Origin: an uncultured Acidobacteriota bacterium
Lineage (GTDB): Bacteria; Acidobacteriota; Vicinamibacteria; Fen-336
Length of the DNA: 64,000 bases
Direction: 5' to 3'
Assembly: GCA_963818355.1 (NCBI GenBank)
Contig: CAWFSB010000033.1
Coordinates: 18,266-82,265, forward strand
The notes under the pieces: generated by a model
The model's input: the letters and a program-made list of their open reading frames with translations, nothing else
Told to the model about the DNA's origin: nothing
Database searches by the model: none
In this document: positions 1 to 9,460 of the stretch, piece by piece
Layout: the number at the start of each line of letters is the position of its first letter
How positions within the stretch are numbered: the first letter of the stretch is position 1
Program-made: the position numbers and the translations under genes

Positions 1-412
1 GCGCGGAAGAAGTCGCCGTCGGCCGCGGCGGGGGAGGGCAGGAGGGCCTCGAGGACGATGACGTGGAGGCCGGTTTCCCTCTCCTCGCGGACCTGCCAGG
101 GATCGCCGGAGGGGAAGCGGTGCCAGCGCGCGAGGACGTCGTCCTCCGGTCGGATCTCGACGCGCGCGTCGCCCCTGTTGGTGTCCACGCGCTCGAGCCG
201 GTACTCGACGCGCCGCGTGCAGGTGCCGTCGCCGTGGATCTGCGTGAAGAGCTCGACGGAGACCCGGTTCTCGAGGCAACCGGTTCCCGCGAGGAGACCA
301 CCGCGACGAGCACGTCGTCCAGGCCCTGCTCGTCGCGGATCTGGACCGGTGGGCGAGACCAGGACCGGGCGGGGCGGGCGTCCGCAACGAGAGACGGGGG
401 ATCGGTCTTCAT
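1..412 (-). CDS. Hypothetical protein, possible lipoprotein (partial, runs off window; probable frameshift near 5' end)
   Basis: Manual minus-strand translation gives LLAGTGC-LENRVSVELFTQIHGDGTCTRRVEYRLERVD..., with a lipobox-like motif. The ATG at 412 is in a different frame. Confidence 0.4.
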   Translation of the reverse strand, partial: MKTDPPSLVADARPARSWSRPPVQIRDEQGLDDVLVAVVSSREPVASRTGSPSSSSRRSTATAPARGASSTGSSAWTPTGATRASRSDRRTTSSRAGTASPPAIPGRSARRGKPASTSSSSRPSCPPPPRPTATSSA

Positions 413-525
413 CGGGGCTTTCCCCGGGGGCTGGACGGACAGGAGAGAGGGAACGGACAACGGACAACGGACGGAACGGATCAGATCTCCATCGGGGGCC
501 GGCTCGGGAACCCCCCTCAGGAGTG

Positions 526-1086
526 TCAGACCTCCATGATCTCCGCTTCCTTCTTCTTGAGGGCCGCGTTGATCTCCTCGATGTGGTGGTCGGTGAGCTT
601 CTGCACCTCGGCGAGGGCCTGCTTCTCGTCGTCCTCGCTGACGTCGTGCTCCTTCAGGAGCTTCTTCAGGTGCTCGTTGGCGTCGCGGCGGACGTTCCGG
701 ACGGCCACGCGGCCCTCCTCCGCCTGCTTGTGGGCGACCTTCACGAGGTTCTTCCGTCGCTCCTCGGTGAGGGAGGGAATCGGGATCCGGATGACCTTGC
801 CGTCGTTCTGGGGGTTGAGGTCGAGGTCGGAGGTGCGGATGGCCTTCTCGATCGCGGGCAGGAGCGAGGGGTCCCACGGCTGCAGGGTGATGAGGGTCGG
901 GTCGGGGACGGAGAGGTTCCCGACCTGGTTGAGCGGCGTCGGGGTCCCGTAGTAGTCCACGCGGATGGTGTCGAGCATCGCGACCGACGCCCGGCCCGTC
1001 CGCATGGTCCCCAGCTCGCGGAGCACGGTGTCCACGGTGCTCCGCATGCGGCTCTTCGCGTCGGCGACCATCGGCTTCAGAGGCAT
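526..1086 (-). CDS. frr: Ribosome recycling factor
   Basis: Motifs RTGRAS, YYGTPTPLNQV, IRIPIPSLTEERRK; follows pyrH. Confidence 0.98.
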   Translation of the reverse strand: MPLKPMVADAKSRMRSTVDTVLRELGTMRTGRASVAMLDTIRVDYYGTPTPLNQVGNLSVPDPTLITLQPWDPSLLPAIEKAIRTSDLDLNPQNDGKVIRIPIPSLTEERRKNLVKVAHKQAEEGRVAVRNVRRDANEHLKKLLKEHDVSEDDEKQALAEVQKLTDHHIEEINAALKKKEAEIMEV

Positions 1087-1088
1087 CG

Positions 1089-1817
1089 TTACTCCTTGAC
1101 CAGGGTCCCGATCCTCTCGCCCTGGACGACCCGGCGCAGGTTCCCCTTGCGCTTGAGGTCGTAGACGATGATCGGGAGGTGGTTGTCCATGCAGAGGGAG
1201 ATGGCGGTGCTGTCCATCACCCGCAGCCCTTTCTGCAGCACCTCGAGGTAGGTCAGGCGGTCGAACTTCTTCGCCTTCGGGTGCTTCATGGGGTCGGCGT
1301 CGTAGATGCCGTCCACCTTCGTGGCCTTCAGGATGACCTCGGCCTTGATCTCCATGGCCCGCAGCGCGGCCGCGGTGTCGGTGGAGAAGTAGGGGTTCCC
1401 GGTGCCGGCGGCGAAGATGGTGACCCGGCCCTTCTCCATGTGCCGCATGGCGCGGCGGCGGATGAAGGGCTCGCAGACCTCCTGCATCTCGATCGCGGAG
1501 AGGACCCGGGTGAAGACGTCAGCCCGCTCGAGGGCGTCCTGCAGGGCGAGGGCGTTGATGACCGTGGCCAGCATGCCCATGTGGTCCGCGGAGACGCGGT
1601 CCATGCCCTGGGCGTTGTCGGACACCCCGCGGAAGATGTTGCCGCCCCCCACCACCGCCGCGATCTCGAGGCCCATGTCGTGGACCTCCTTGATCTCGGT
1701 GGCGAGGTAGTCGGTGAAGTTGCGGTCGATCCCGAACGTCTTCTCCCCGAGGAGAGCCTCCCCCGAGAGCTTGAGGAGGATGCGCTTGTAGGTGAGGGCC
1801 TTCTTGGTGCCGGGCAT
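1089..1817 (-). CDS. pyrH: UMP kinase
   Basis: Motifs [34 protein letters not shown]. Confidence 0.98.
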   Translation of the reverse strand: MPGTKKALTYKRILLKLSGEALLGEKTFGIDRNFTDYLATEIKEVHDMGLEIAAVVGGGNIFRGVSDNAQGMDRVSADHMGMLATVINALALQDALERADVFTRVLSAIEMQEVCEPFIRRRAMRHMEKGRVTIFAAGTGNPYFSTDTAAALRAMEIKAEVILKATKVDGIYDADPMKHPKAKKFDRLTYLEVLQKGLRVMDSTAISLCMDNHLPIIVYDLKRKGNLRRVVQGERIGTLVKE

Positions 1818-1880
1818 TGAGGTCCTTCCCCGCGGCTCGTCCCGGCCCCCCGGGGGAGGCCGGGCGTGCCAATGTTACAC

Positions 1881-2510
<630 letters not shown>

Positions 2511-2614
2511 GAGTTCTTCTTCCTTCGGAATGTCCGTTCGTGGAAAGCCCCGGGGGCCGATTGGGCTTGCCCGGGGCGTCGGACGTCTCCCGGGCCCTCG
2601 CGGGCCCGGGCTCG

Positions 2615-3442
2615 TCAGGCGGTCGGGGTGGCTACCGGGCGCGCGGCGCGCCGTACGGGCTCGGGCGCGGCACCGGCCACCGTCTCCGCCAGCTGCGCTT
2701 CGCGCAGGCCGCGGCCGGCGAGCACGGCGTCGGCCACCTTGCCGGCGAACAGCCGGATGGCCCGCAGCGCGTCGTCGTTGCCCGGGATGGGCACGTCCAC
2801 CTCGTCCGGGTCGCAGTTCGTGTCGAGAACACCGATCACCGGGATCTTCAGCTTGCGCGCCTCGGCGACGGCGATCGCCTCGAGGCGGGTGTCGATGACG
2901 AACACGGCGTCGGGCACCGACTTCATGCCCTTGATGCCGGTGAGGTTCTTCTCGAGCTTCTCGCGCTCCTTGTCGAGGCCGGCGAGCTCCTTCTTGGTGA
3001 GCCGCTCGCGCTGCGCCTCCTGCGGGCCGGTCAGCGTCATCTCGAGGTCGCGCAGCCGCTCGAGGCTGCGGCGCACGGTCACGAAGTTGGTGAGCAGCCC
3101 GCCGAGCCAGCGCTCGGTGACGAAGGGCATGCCGCAGCGCTTCGCCTCCTCGGCGATCGCCTCCTGCGCCTGGCGCTTCGTGCCGATGAACATGACGTTC
3201 TTGCCCTGGCTGGCCAGCTCCTGCACGAACTGCAGCGCCTCCTGCAGCAGCTTGTGGGTCTTCTGCAGGTCGATGATGTAGATCCCGTTGCGCTCGCCGA
3301 AGATGTACTGCTTCATCTTCGGGTTCCAGCGGCGGGTCTGGTGCCCGAAGTGGACGCCCGCCTCGAGCAGGTCCTTGATGCCGACGCTCGAGGCGACGGC
3401 TCCCGCCTCGGGGGCGGGGGTGGGAACGGTGGTGTCGGACAA
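2615..3442 (-). CDS. rpsB: 30S ribosomal protein S2
   Basis: Motifs [31 protein letters not shown]. Confidence 0.98.
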   Translation of the reverse strand: MSDTTVPTPAPEAGAVASSVGIKDLLEAGVHFGHQTRRWNPKMKQYIFGERNGIYIIDLQKTHKLLQEALQFVQELASQGKNVMFIGTKRQAQEAIAEEAKRCGMPFVTERWLGGLLTNFVTVRRSLERLRDLEMTLTGPQEAQRERLTKKELAGLDKEREKLEKNLTGIKGMKSVPDAVFVIDTRLEAIAVAEARKLKIPVIGVLDTNCDPDEVDVPIPGNDDALRAIRLFAGKVADAVLAGRGLREAQLAETVAGAAPEPVRRAARPVATPTA

Positions 3443-3527
3443 GTACGGCCTCCTTACGGTGTCAGCCCCGGGTCGCAGACGGACGCCCGGGGCTTTCCGG
3501 CCCCTCGCGGGGCTCGAAGTGAAACGA

Positions 3528-3929
3528 CTAGCGCTTGCTGAACTGGAACCGGGCGCGGGCGCCCTTCTGCCCGTACTTCTTGCGCTCCTTGATCCGCGCG
3601 TCGCGGGTCAGGAAGCCGGCCTTCTTGAGCTTGCCGCGCAGCTCGAGATTGAACAGGCACAGCGCGCGCGAGATCCCGTGTCGGATCGCGCTCGCCTGCG
3701 CGACGACGCCGCCGCCGTGGATCGTGGCCACGACGTCGAAGCGGTCGTTCGTCTCGGTGACGGAGAAGGGCTGCTTGACGACCTGCTTCAGGGCTTCGAT
3801 GCCGCCGAAGTACTCGTCGAGGCCGCGGTCGTTCAGCTGGAAATCGCCCGTTCCGGGGCGGAGGTGAACGCGGGCGACCGAGGTCTTGCGCTTCCCGGTT
3901 CCGTAGTACTCGAGGGGTGTGGTGCTCAA
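3528..3929 (-). CDS. rpsI: 30S ribosomal protein S9
   Basis: Motifs [13 protein letters not shown] and ERKKYG...QFSKR. Confidence 0.98.
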   Translation of the reverse strand: MSTTPLEYYGTGKRKTSVARVHLRPGTGDFQLNDRGLDEYFGGIEALKQVVKQPFSVTETNDRFDVVATIHGGGVVAQASAIRHGISRALCLFNLELRGKLKKAGFLTRDARIKERKKYGQKGARARFQFSKR

Positions 3930-3946
3930 GGCTTCTTTGGCTCCTG

Positions 3947-4375
3947 CTACGGGTTGAGCGGCAGCGGCTTCTGCGCCTGGTGCGGGTGCTTCGCCCCGGG
4001 GTAGACCTTCAGCTTGAGGAACATCGCGCGCCCCAGCTTGGTCTTGGGCAGCATCCCCCGCACGGCATCCTCGACGATCCGGGCCGGGTTCTCCTTGCGG
4101 ACGTCGCGGGCCTGGCGAGTCTTGAGCCCGCCCATGAACCCGGAGTGGGTGTGGTAGGCCTTGTCCGTCTCCTTCCGCCCGGTCAGGACGATCTGGTCCG
4201 CGTTGATGACCACGACGTGGTCACCGGTGTCGAGGAACGGTGTGTAGGTCGGCTTGATCTTGCCGGAGAGGACGTTCGCCACGGTGGCGGCGATCTTGCC
4301 GAGCACCTTGCCGCTCGCGTCGATCACGAACCACCGCCGGTCAAGGCCGTCCGCCTTGGGAATGTAGGTCGGCAT
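3947..4375 (-). CDS. rplM: 50S ribosomal protein L13
   Basis: Motifs [37 protein letters not shown]. Start taken as MPTYIPK at 4375. Confidence 0.97.
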   Translation of the reverse strand: MPTYIPKADGLDRRWFVIDASGKVLGKIAATVANVLSGKIKPTYTPFLDTGDHVVVINADQIVLTGRKETDKAYHTHSGFMGGLKTRQARDVRKENPARIVEDAVRGMLPKTKLGRAMFLKLKVYPGAKHPHQAQKPLPLNP

Positions 4376-4430
4376 CCAGTCAGTACCTTTCGCCCCGCGC
4401 GCGACTTGGCGCAGGCTCGCAAACCCTGCA

Positions 4431-4459
4431 TTTTTATGGCATTTCACCCCGTCTGTCAA
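4431..4459 (-). promoter_or_regulatory. Sigma70-type promoter of the rplM operon
   Basis: Minus strand TTGACA-N17-TAAAAA(T), about 55 nt upstream of rplM. Confidence 0.7.
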
Positions 4460-5267
4460 GGGGCCGGCGGTGGCGCAGGGCCGGCAACTCCCGCCGGAGC
4501 CGCTCCAGCCGCTCGAAATCGAGCTCGGCCAGCGCAAAGCCCTCGCCGTCCGGCACCTGGGCGACCACCGCGCCCCACGGGTCCACGATCATCGCCTGCC
4601 CGTGAGACGTGCGCCCGCCGCCGTGGTGTCCCACCTGCGCCGGGGCGAGCACGTAGGCCAGGTTCTCGATGGCGCGGGCGCGCATGAGGACCTCCCAGTG
4701 CGCCTTGCCCGTCCGCTCGGTGAACGCGGAGGGGATGCACAGCACGCGGGCCCCGCGGCGCGAGAGCTCGCGGTAGAGCTCCGGGAAGCGCAGGTCGTAG
4801 CAGATCGAGAGCCCGACCGTGCCGAGGGTGGTCGGGACCGTCACGATCTCGTCCCCGGGCACGACGGACCTCGACTCCTTCAGGTGCTCCATGCCCGGCA
4901 GGTCGATGTCGAAGAGGTGGATCTTGCGGTAGACCGCGAGCGTCGCCCCGTCGGGCCCGAGGAGGACGCTCGTGTTGCGGACCCGCGAGTCGCCGGGGAC
5001 GCGCTCGGGAAGAGAGCCCGCGAGCAGCGTGACGCGCGTCCGGCGGGCGAGGGCCGACATCCGGCGCAACCAGGGGCCGTCGAGGTCCTGGGGCTCGGGC
5101 ACGGGCTCGCCCTCGGAGCGGAGGAAGGCGAAGTTCTCCGGGAGGCCGACGAAAACGGCCCCGCGCGCCGCCGCCTGCTCCACGAGGCCTTCGGCGGCGG
5201 TGAGGTTGCGCTCCACGTCGGTCGTGGAGGTCATCTGCACGACGGCCGCGAGGGCCCGCGCGCTCAC
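4434..5267 (-). CDS. Carbon-nitrogen hydrolase (Nit1/deaminated-glutathione amidase-like)
   Basis: Glu-Lys-Cys triad motifs [22 protein letters not shown]; also [17 protein letters not shown] start overlaps the nth stop. Confidence 0.92.
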   Translation of the reverse strand: MSARALAAVVQMTSTTDVERNLTAAEGLVEQAAARGAVFVGLPENFAFLRSEGEPVPEPQDLDGPWLRRMSALARRTRVTLLAGSLPERVPGDSRVRNTSVLLGPDGATLAVYRKIHLFDIDLPGMEHLKESRSVVPGDEIVTVPTTLGTVGLSICYDLRFPELYRELSRRGARVLCIPSAFTERTGKAHWEVLMRARAIENLAYVLAPAQVGHHGGGRTSHGQAMIVDPWGAVVAQVPDGEGFALAELDFERLERLRRELPALRHRRPLDRRGEMP

Positions 5268-6105
5268 TTCGCCGGCCCCCGGCGCCCCGGTCCTCTCCCG
5301 CCGGGCCCGGGGCGGCCGGACCGGGGAAGCGGGGGGCGTCGCGCGAGCCGCGGGGTCGGCACGGGGCGTGCGCGACGCCGGGCCGCGGCGGCGGGCTTCG
5401 CCGCGCGCCCCGCTCGCCGGTCGCGCGGCGGCTCGTCCGAGGCCCAGGCCTGCCGGCTGGGCCAGGCGCACTCGGCGAAGAGCGGGCACACGCCGCAGGC
5501 CGGCCGGCGGGCGTCGCAGACCTTGCGGCCGTGGAAGATGACGAGGTCGGTCGTCCGCGTCCACCGCTCGCGGGGGACGAGCGCCATGAGCTGCGCCTCG
5601 ACGTCGACCGGGTCGTCGCCCTGGGCGAGGCCCAGGCGGTTCGTCACGCGCAGCACGTGCGTGTCCACCGCGATGCCCTCGGCGACGTCGAAGGCGTGGC
5701 CGAGGACGACGTTCGCGGTCTTGCGGCCGATGCCGGGCAGCGGGACGAGGGCGGCCATGCTCCGCGGCACCTCGCCCCCGTGGCGCTCGACGAGGCCCCG
5801 CGCGAAGCCGGTGATGCTGCGCGCCTTCGCCCGGTAGAAGCCGGTGGAGCGGATGATCTCCTCGACGTCGGCGAGCGGGGCCCTGGCCAGCGCGCCGGCG
5901 TCGGGGTAGCGCTCGAAGAGGAGGGGCGTGACCTTGTTGACCCGCTCGTCGGTGCACTGCGCGGAGAGGATGGTGGCGACGGCGAGCTCGAAGGCGCTGC
6001 GGTAGGCGAGCGCGCAGCGGGCCTCGGGGTGCGCCTCTTCCAGGAGGTCGAGGACGCGGGCCGCGCGCTCGGGCGTGACACGGGGCTTCGTCTTGCGGGG
6101 GGCAC
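5264..6105 (-). CDS. nth: Endonuclease III (probable 1-nt indel in C-run just after the GTG start)
   Basis: Motifs ATILSAQCTDERVNKVT, HhH LPGIGRKTANVVL, VDTHV, and 4Fe-4S CxxxxxxCxxCxxxxxC. Confidence 0.93.
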
Positions 6106-6114
6106 GGCCGGATT

Positions 6115-7206
6115 CTACCGCGCGTGGCGCAGGGCCGGGGCGGAGGGGAAGAGCGGGGCCTGCGACGTCGGCGGGTCGAGGCGCGCGAGGCGCACCTGCA
6201 GCGCGCGGACGTCCTGGGCCGGGTCGAGCAGCGGGTCGAGTATCGCGCGCACCCGCGCGGCGATCGCGTCCTCGTCGGCGAGGCCGGGGCTGAAGGCGTC
6301 GCTGCGCCGCACGGCGTCTGTCGCGCGGCGCACCTCGACGGCGATCGCGCGGGCGGCGAGCCGGAACGGCTTCAGCCGCCGTGCCACCCGCCGGGCCAGG
6401 GCGTCCGCGATCTCCTCGAGCGCGCGGCGGTCACTGCGGCGGTCGCGGATCGTGGCCTCCTCCTGCAGGAAGGCGGGGGGCGCGGCGAGTGCTATCGGAG
6501 GCTCCTGCTCCCCGCGCGCGGCGGCCCGGAGGTGCTTCGCCGCCGCCGCCCCGACGGCGGTGGCCAGGGCGGCCTCGTCGCACTCGGCCACCTGGCCGAT
6601 CATCGTGAGCCCCGCCTTCGCGAGCGCCGCCTCGAGGTGGGGTGGCGCGCCGAGAGTGGAGACCGGCTTGCCCGCGAGGAAGGAGTGCTCGTAGCCGGGA
6701 AGGACGACCAGGAGCCCCCGCGGCTTCGCCCACGCCGAGGCGATCCGGGCCGCGAGGCGCGAGGAGGCGAGGCCGAGAGACGCGTCGAGGCCGAGGCGGC
6801 GCTGCAGCTCGTCGCGGATGGTCTCCGCCGCCCGAACCGGCGGCGGGTCGCCGGGCCCCTCCGCCGTCAGGTCCACGAAGGCCTCGTCCGCGGAGGGCCG
6901 CTCCACGCGCCGGCTCGCCGCGAGCAGGACGGCCGTCACCTCCTCGCTGTGGCGGCCGTACGAGTCGAGGTCGCCGCGGCGGAAGGCGGCCTCGGGACAG
7001 ACGAGGCGCGCCTGCGCCATGGGCAGTCCGACCCGCACCCCGGCCTGCCGGGCCTCGTCGCTCACGGCGGCCACGACGCCCATCCCGCTGCCGTCGCCGC
7101 CGATGACGACCGGCCGGCCGCGCAGGGACGGGTCGAGGCTCCGCTCCACCGAGACGAAGAACGGGTCGAGGTCCACGTGCAGGACGCTGCGCCTTCGCTC
7201 CTTCAC
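6115..7206 (-). CDS. dinB: Y-family DNA polymerase (DinB-like, partly degenerate motifs)
   Basis: Motifs LHVDLDPFFVSVE, SADEAFVD, AKPRGL; C-terminal little-finger-like region. Confidence 0.8.
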   Translation of the reverse strand: MKERRRSVLHVDLDPFFVSVERSLDPSLRGRPVVIGGDGSGMGVVAAVSDEARQAGVRVGLPMAQARLVCPEAAFRRGDLDSYGRHSEEVTAVLLAASRRVERPSADEAFVDLTAEGPGDPPPVRAAETIRDELQRRLGLDASLGLASSRLAARIASAWAKPRGLLVVLPGYEHSFLAGKPVSTLGAPPHLEAALAKAGLTMIGQVAECDEAALATAVGAAAAKHLRAAARGEQEPPIALAAPPAFLQEEATIRDRRSDRRALEEIADALARRVARRLKPFRLAARAIAVEVRRATDAVRRSDAFSPGLADEDAIAARVRAILDPLLDPAQDVRALQVRLARLDPPTSQAPLFPSAPALRHAR

Positions 7207-7259
7207 GCTCCCAGTGTAGGGGAGGGGCGGGGCAGGGGAGGTCCGGAAGTCGGCCGGCC

Positions 7260-7568
7260 TCAGTTGGTCGGGCCCTTGGGCGGGGCGAAGGACTCCTGGT
7301 ACAGGCGGAAGTTGTCCTGGAGGGCGGCGATGAGGCCCGGCACCATCTGGACGGGGACGACGACCCGCGCGCGCACCGGCGCCCTCACCAGGTGGGTGGA
7401 CTGCGCCTCCTTCACCTGCTTCTCGCCCAGGGGCAGCATCTCGCAGAAGGTGAGGGTGAAGTCGAAGGGCGAGTTCTGGATCGCGCAGAAGTTGCTGTAG
7501 ACCCGGGGGACGCTCGAGTCCTCGTCCGGCACCACGGTGAAGTTCAGCTGCGCCTTTTCCTCGGCCAT
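7260..7568 (-). CDS. DUF3467-like small protein
   Basis: VYSNFCAIQNSPFDFTLTF...ARVVVP...LIAAL...YQESF pattern. Confidence 0.7.
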   Translation of the reverse strand: MAEEKAQLNFTVVPDEDSSVPRVYSNFCAIQNSPFDFTLTFCEMLPLGEKQVKEAQSTHLVRAPVRARVVVPVQMVPGLIAALQDNFRLYQESFAPPKGPTN

Positions 7569-7704
7569 CGGTCAGCCTCCGAGGCCGAGTGTAACCCGGG
7601 GGCTGCCGGCCGTCACCGGCCTTCGACGGGGCCTGCGGGTGCGGGGGACGAGGAGAGAGGGAAGGAGGATGGTCAGGTCGACCGCGCTTCGCGCGGGCCG
7701 TGCG

Positions 7705-8310
7705 TCAGTACTTGCGCAGCACACCGATGACGACGCCCTGGATGCGGAGGCGGTCCTGGTCCACGAAGATCGGCTTGAGCCGCGCGTTCGCGGGCTGCAG
7801 CCGCACCTTGCCGCCGCCCTCGCGGTACATCTTCTTGAGGGTGACGTTCTCGCCGTCGAGAAGGGCGATCACCATCTCGCCGTCCCGCGCGGTGCGCCGG
7901 TTCTCCACGATCACGTAGTCGCCCTCGCGGATCTGCTCCTCGATCATGGAGTCGCCCTTGACCTGCAGGACGTACGTCTCGGCGCGCTTCACCATGTCCT
8001 GGGGCACGAAGATGGTCTCGCTGGCGGTGATCGCCTCGATCGGCGAGCCCGCGGCGACGCGGCCGAGCAGGGGCAGCTCGACGGCCCGGACCGTGACCTC
8101 GGTGGGCACGAGCTCGAGGGAGCGGCTGCGGTTCCAGTCCCGCGTGACCAGGCCCTTCTTCTGCAGGTTGGTCAGGTGCTTGTGGACGGTGGCCAGCGAG
8201 CGCAGGCCGAAGTGCTCGGCGGTCTCCTCGATGGTGGGCGCGTAGCCCTTGCGCTCGATGAACCGGTTCAGGAAGTCCAGGATCTCCTTCTGCCGGCGCG
8301 TCATGTACAT
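7705..8310 (-). CDS. lexA: SOS repressor LexA
   Basis: N-terminal HTH (TRRQKEILDF..GYAPT), Ala-Gly cleavage site (GRVAAGSPI), catalytic Ser (VKGDSMI) and Lys (VTLKK). Confidence 0.97.
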   Translation of the reverse strand: MYMTRRQKEILDFLNRFIERKGYAPTIEETAEHFGLRSLATVHKHLTNLQKKGLVTRDWNRSRSLELVPTEVTVRAVELPLLGRVAAGSPIEAITASETIFVPQDMVKRAETYVLQVKGDSMIEEQIREGDYVIVENRRTARDGEMVIALLDGENVTLKKMYREGGGKVRLQPANARLKPIFVDQDRLRIQGVVIGVLRKY

Positions 8311-8330
8311 GGGCCTTCTCCTCGATGGAG

Positions 8331-8359
8331 AAGGTAGGCGAAAATCAGGCGAAAGTCAA
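8331..8359 (-). promoter_or_regulatory. lexA promoter with a direct-repeat operator in the spacer
   Basis: Minus strand TTGACT-N17-TACCTT. Plus strand AGGCGAAA at 8336-8343 and 8347-8354. Confidence 0.7.
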
Positions 8360-9259
8360 TCCTGGCGCGGCTCTCGAGCGGCGGAGGCGGCACGACGGCC
8401 GGCGGTCGCCGGACTTCGGAGCGGCGGGGTTGCGCCTCCGGCTTCGGGGCGGACGGCCGATGCAGGAGGACGTGACGACTCGCGTCGGACGGACGACTGG
8501 CGGCCGCTCATGCCGCGTCCCCGAGAGGCCGCGTGCCGGGCGCCCACGGGGCAACCGGCAGGACGACGCCCCCGCCCCAGCCCCATCCGCCCCACCCCAG
8601 CCCCAGCCATAGGGGATGCCGCCGTCGACCGGCTGCGCCGCGGACTCGGCCTCCCGGGCCCGCGCCTCGGCCTCCCGGGCGCGCGCCTCGGCCTCCCGCA
8701 CCCGCAGCCCGGCCTCGCGGGTCTCGCGCTCCGAGGCCTCCTCGGCCGCACGCTCGCGCACCAGGGCCTCGTGCTCGGCCGGCGTGACCCAGCGTCCCTC
8801 GAACGAGACGTAGCCGCGAGCGCGGTAGGCCTCGTCCTCGCCCATCCAGGTGCCGTCCAGCTCGACCCGCCCGAGGGCGGCGTTCGCCTCGGGAGTGCGA
8901 GGGGTCGGCGGCCAGGACTCGCTGCCACGCTTCACGCGACTGCGTCAGCAGGTCGCGCTCGGCGGCCCAGCGGGCGAGCGCGGCCCAGCCCTCGACGTCG
9001 CCCGGCTCGAGCGCCGTCGGCGCGCTCGTGGTAGGCCTCGAGGGCGGAGCGGCCCTCCACCACCTTCTCCACGAGGGCCATGGACAGGGTGACGCGCCCG
9101 GGACCGGTCTCGACGACGATCGCGGTCGCGCGTTCTCTCGACGATGACGCCGCTGACGCGCCCGCCGCTCCGGAGGAGGATCTCGTCGGAAGAGGCGGTG
9201 GCTGCCGCAAGACCGGCCGTCACGAGGGCGATCGCCGCTCGCCGCCTCAGCCTGCCCAT
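8345..9259 (-). CDS. Secreted hypothetical protein (frameshifted; 3' end uncertain)
   Basis: Signal peptide followed by DEILLRSGGRVSGVIVE, then ALARWAAERDL and RARGYVSFEGRWVTPAE with a coiled-coil REAEARA repeat, split across frames. Confidence 0.6.
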
Positions 9260-9460
9260 GGGACCCTCCTGCTCGGACTATGCGCTCCACTCCGTCCTAC
9301 AGCAAGCACCGTACCGTGACGGGCCGCCCGTAAGTTCTTGAGGCACAGTGGCGAGCGTCCGGGGCCCTGTCCCCGTCGGCGCGTCACCCGGTGACACCGG
9401 GAGAGGGCAGCCGGGATGGACTTGCGCGGCCGCACCGATCAGAATCGGCCGGTTCCGCCG

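Noticed and set aside
436-480. Short AACGGAC tandem repeat downstream of frr
   Set aside because: Only about three copies, with faint similarity to the centre of the 24.4-kb palindrome; too short to support a call.
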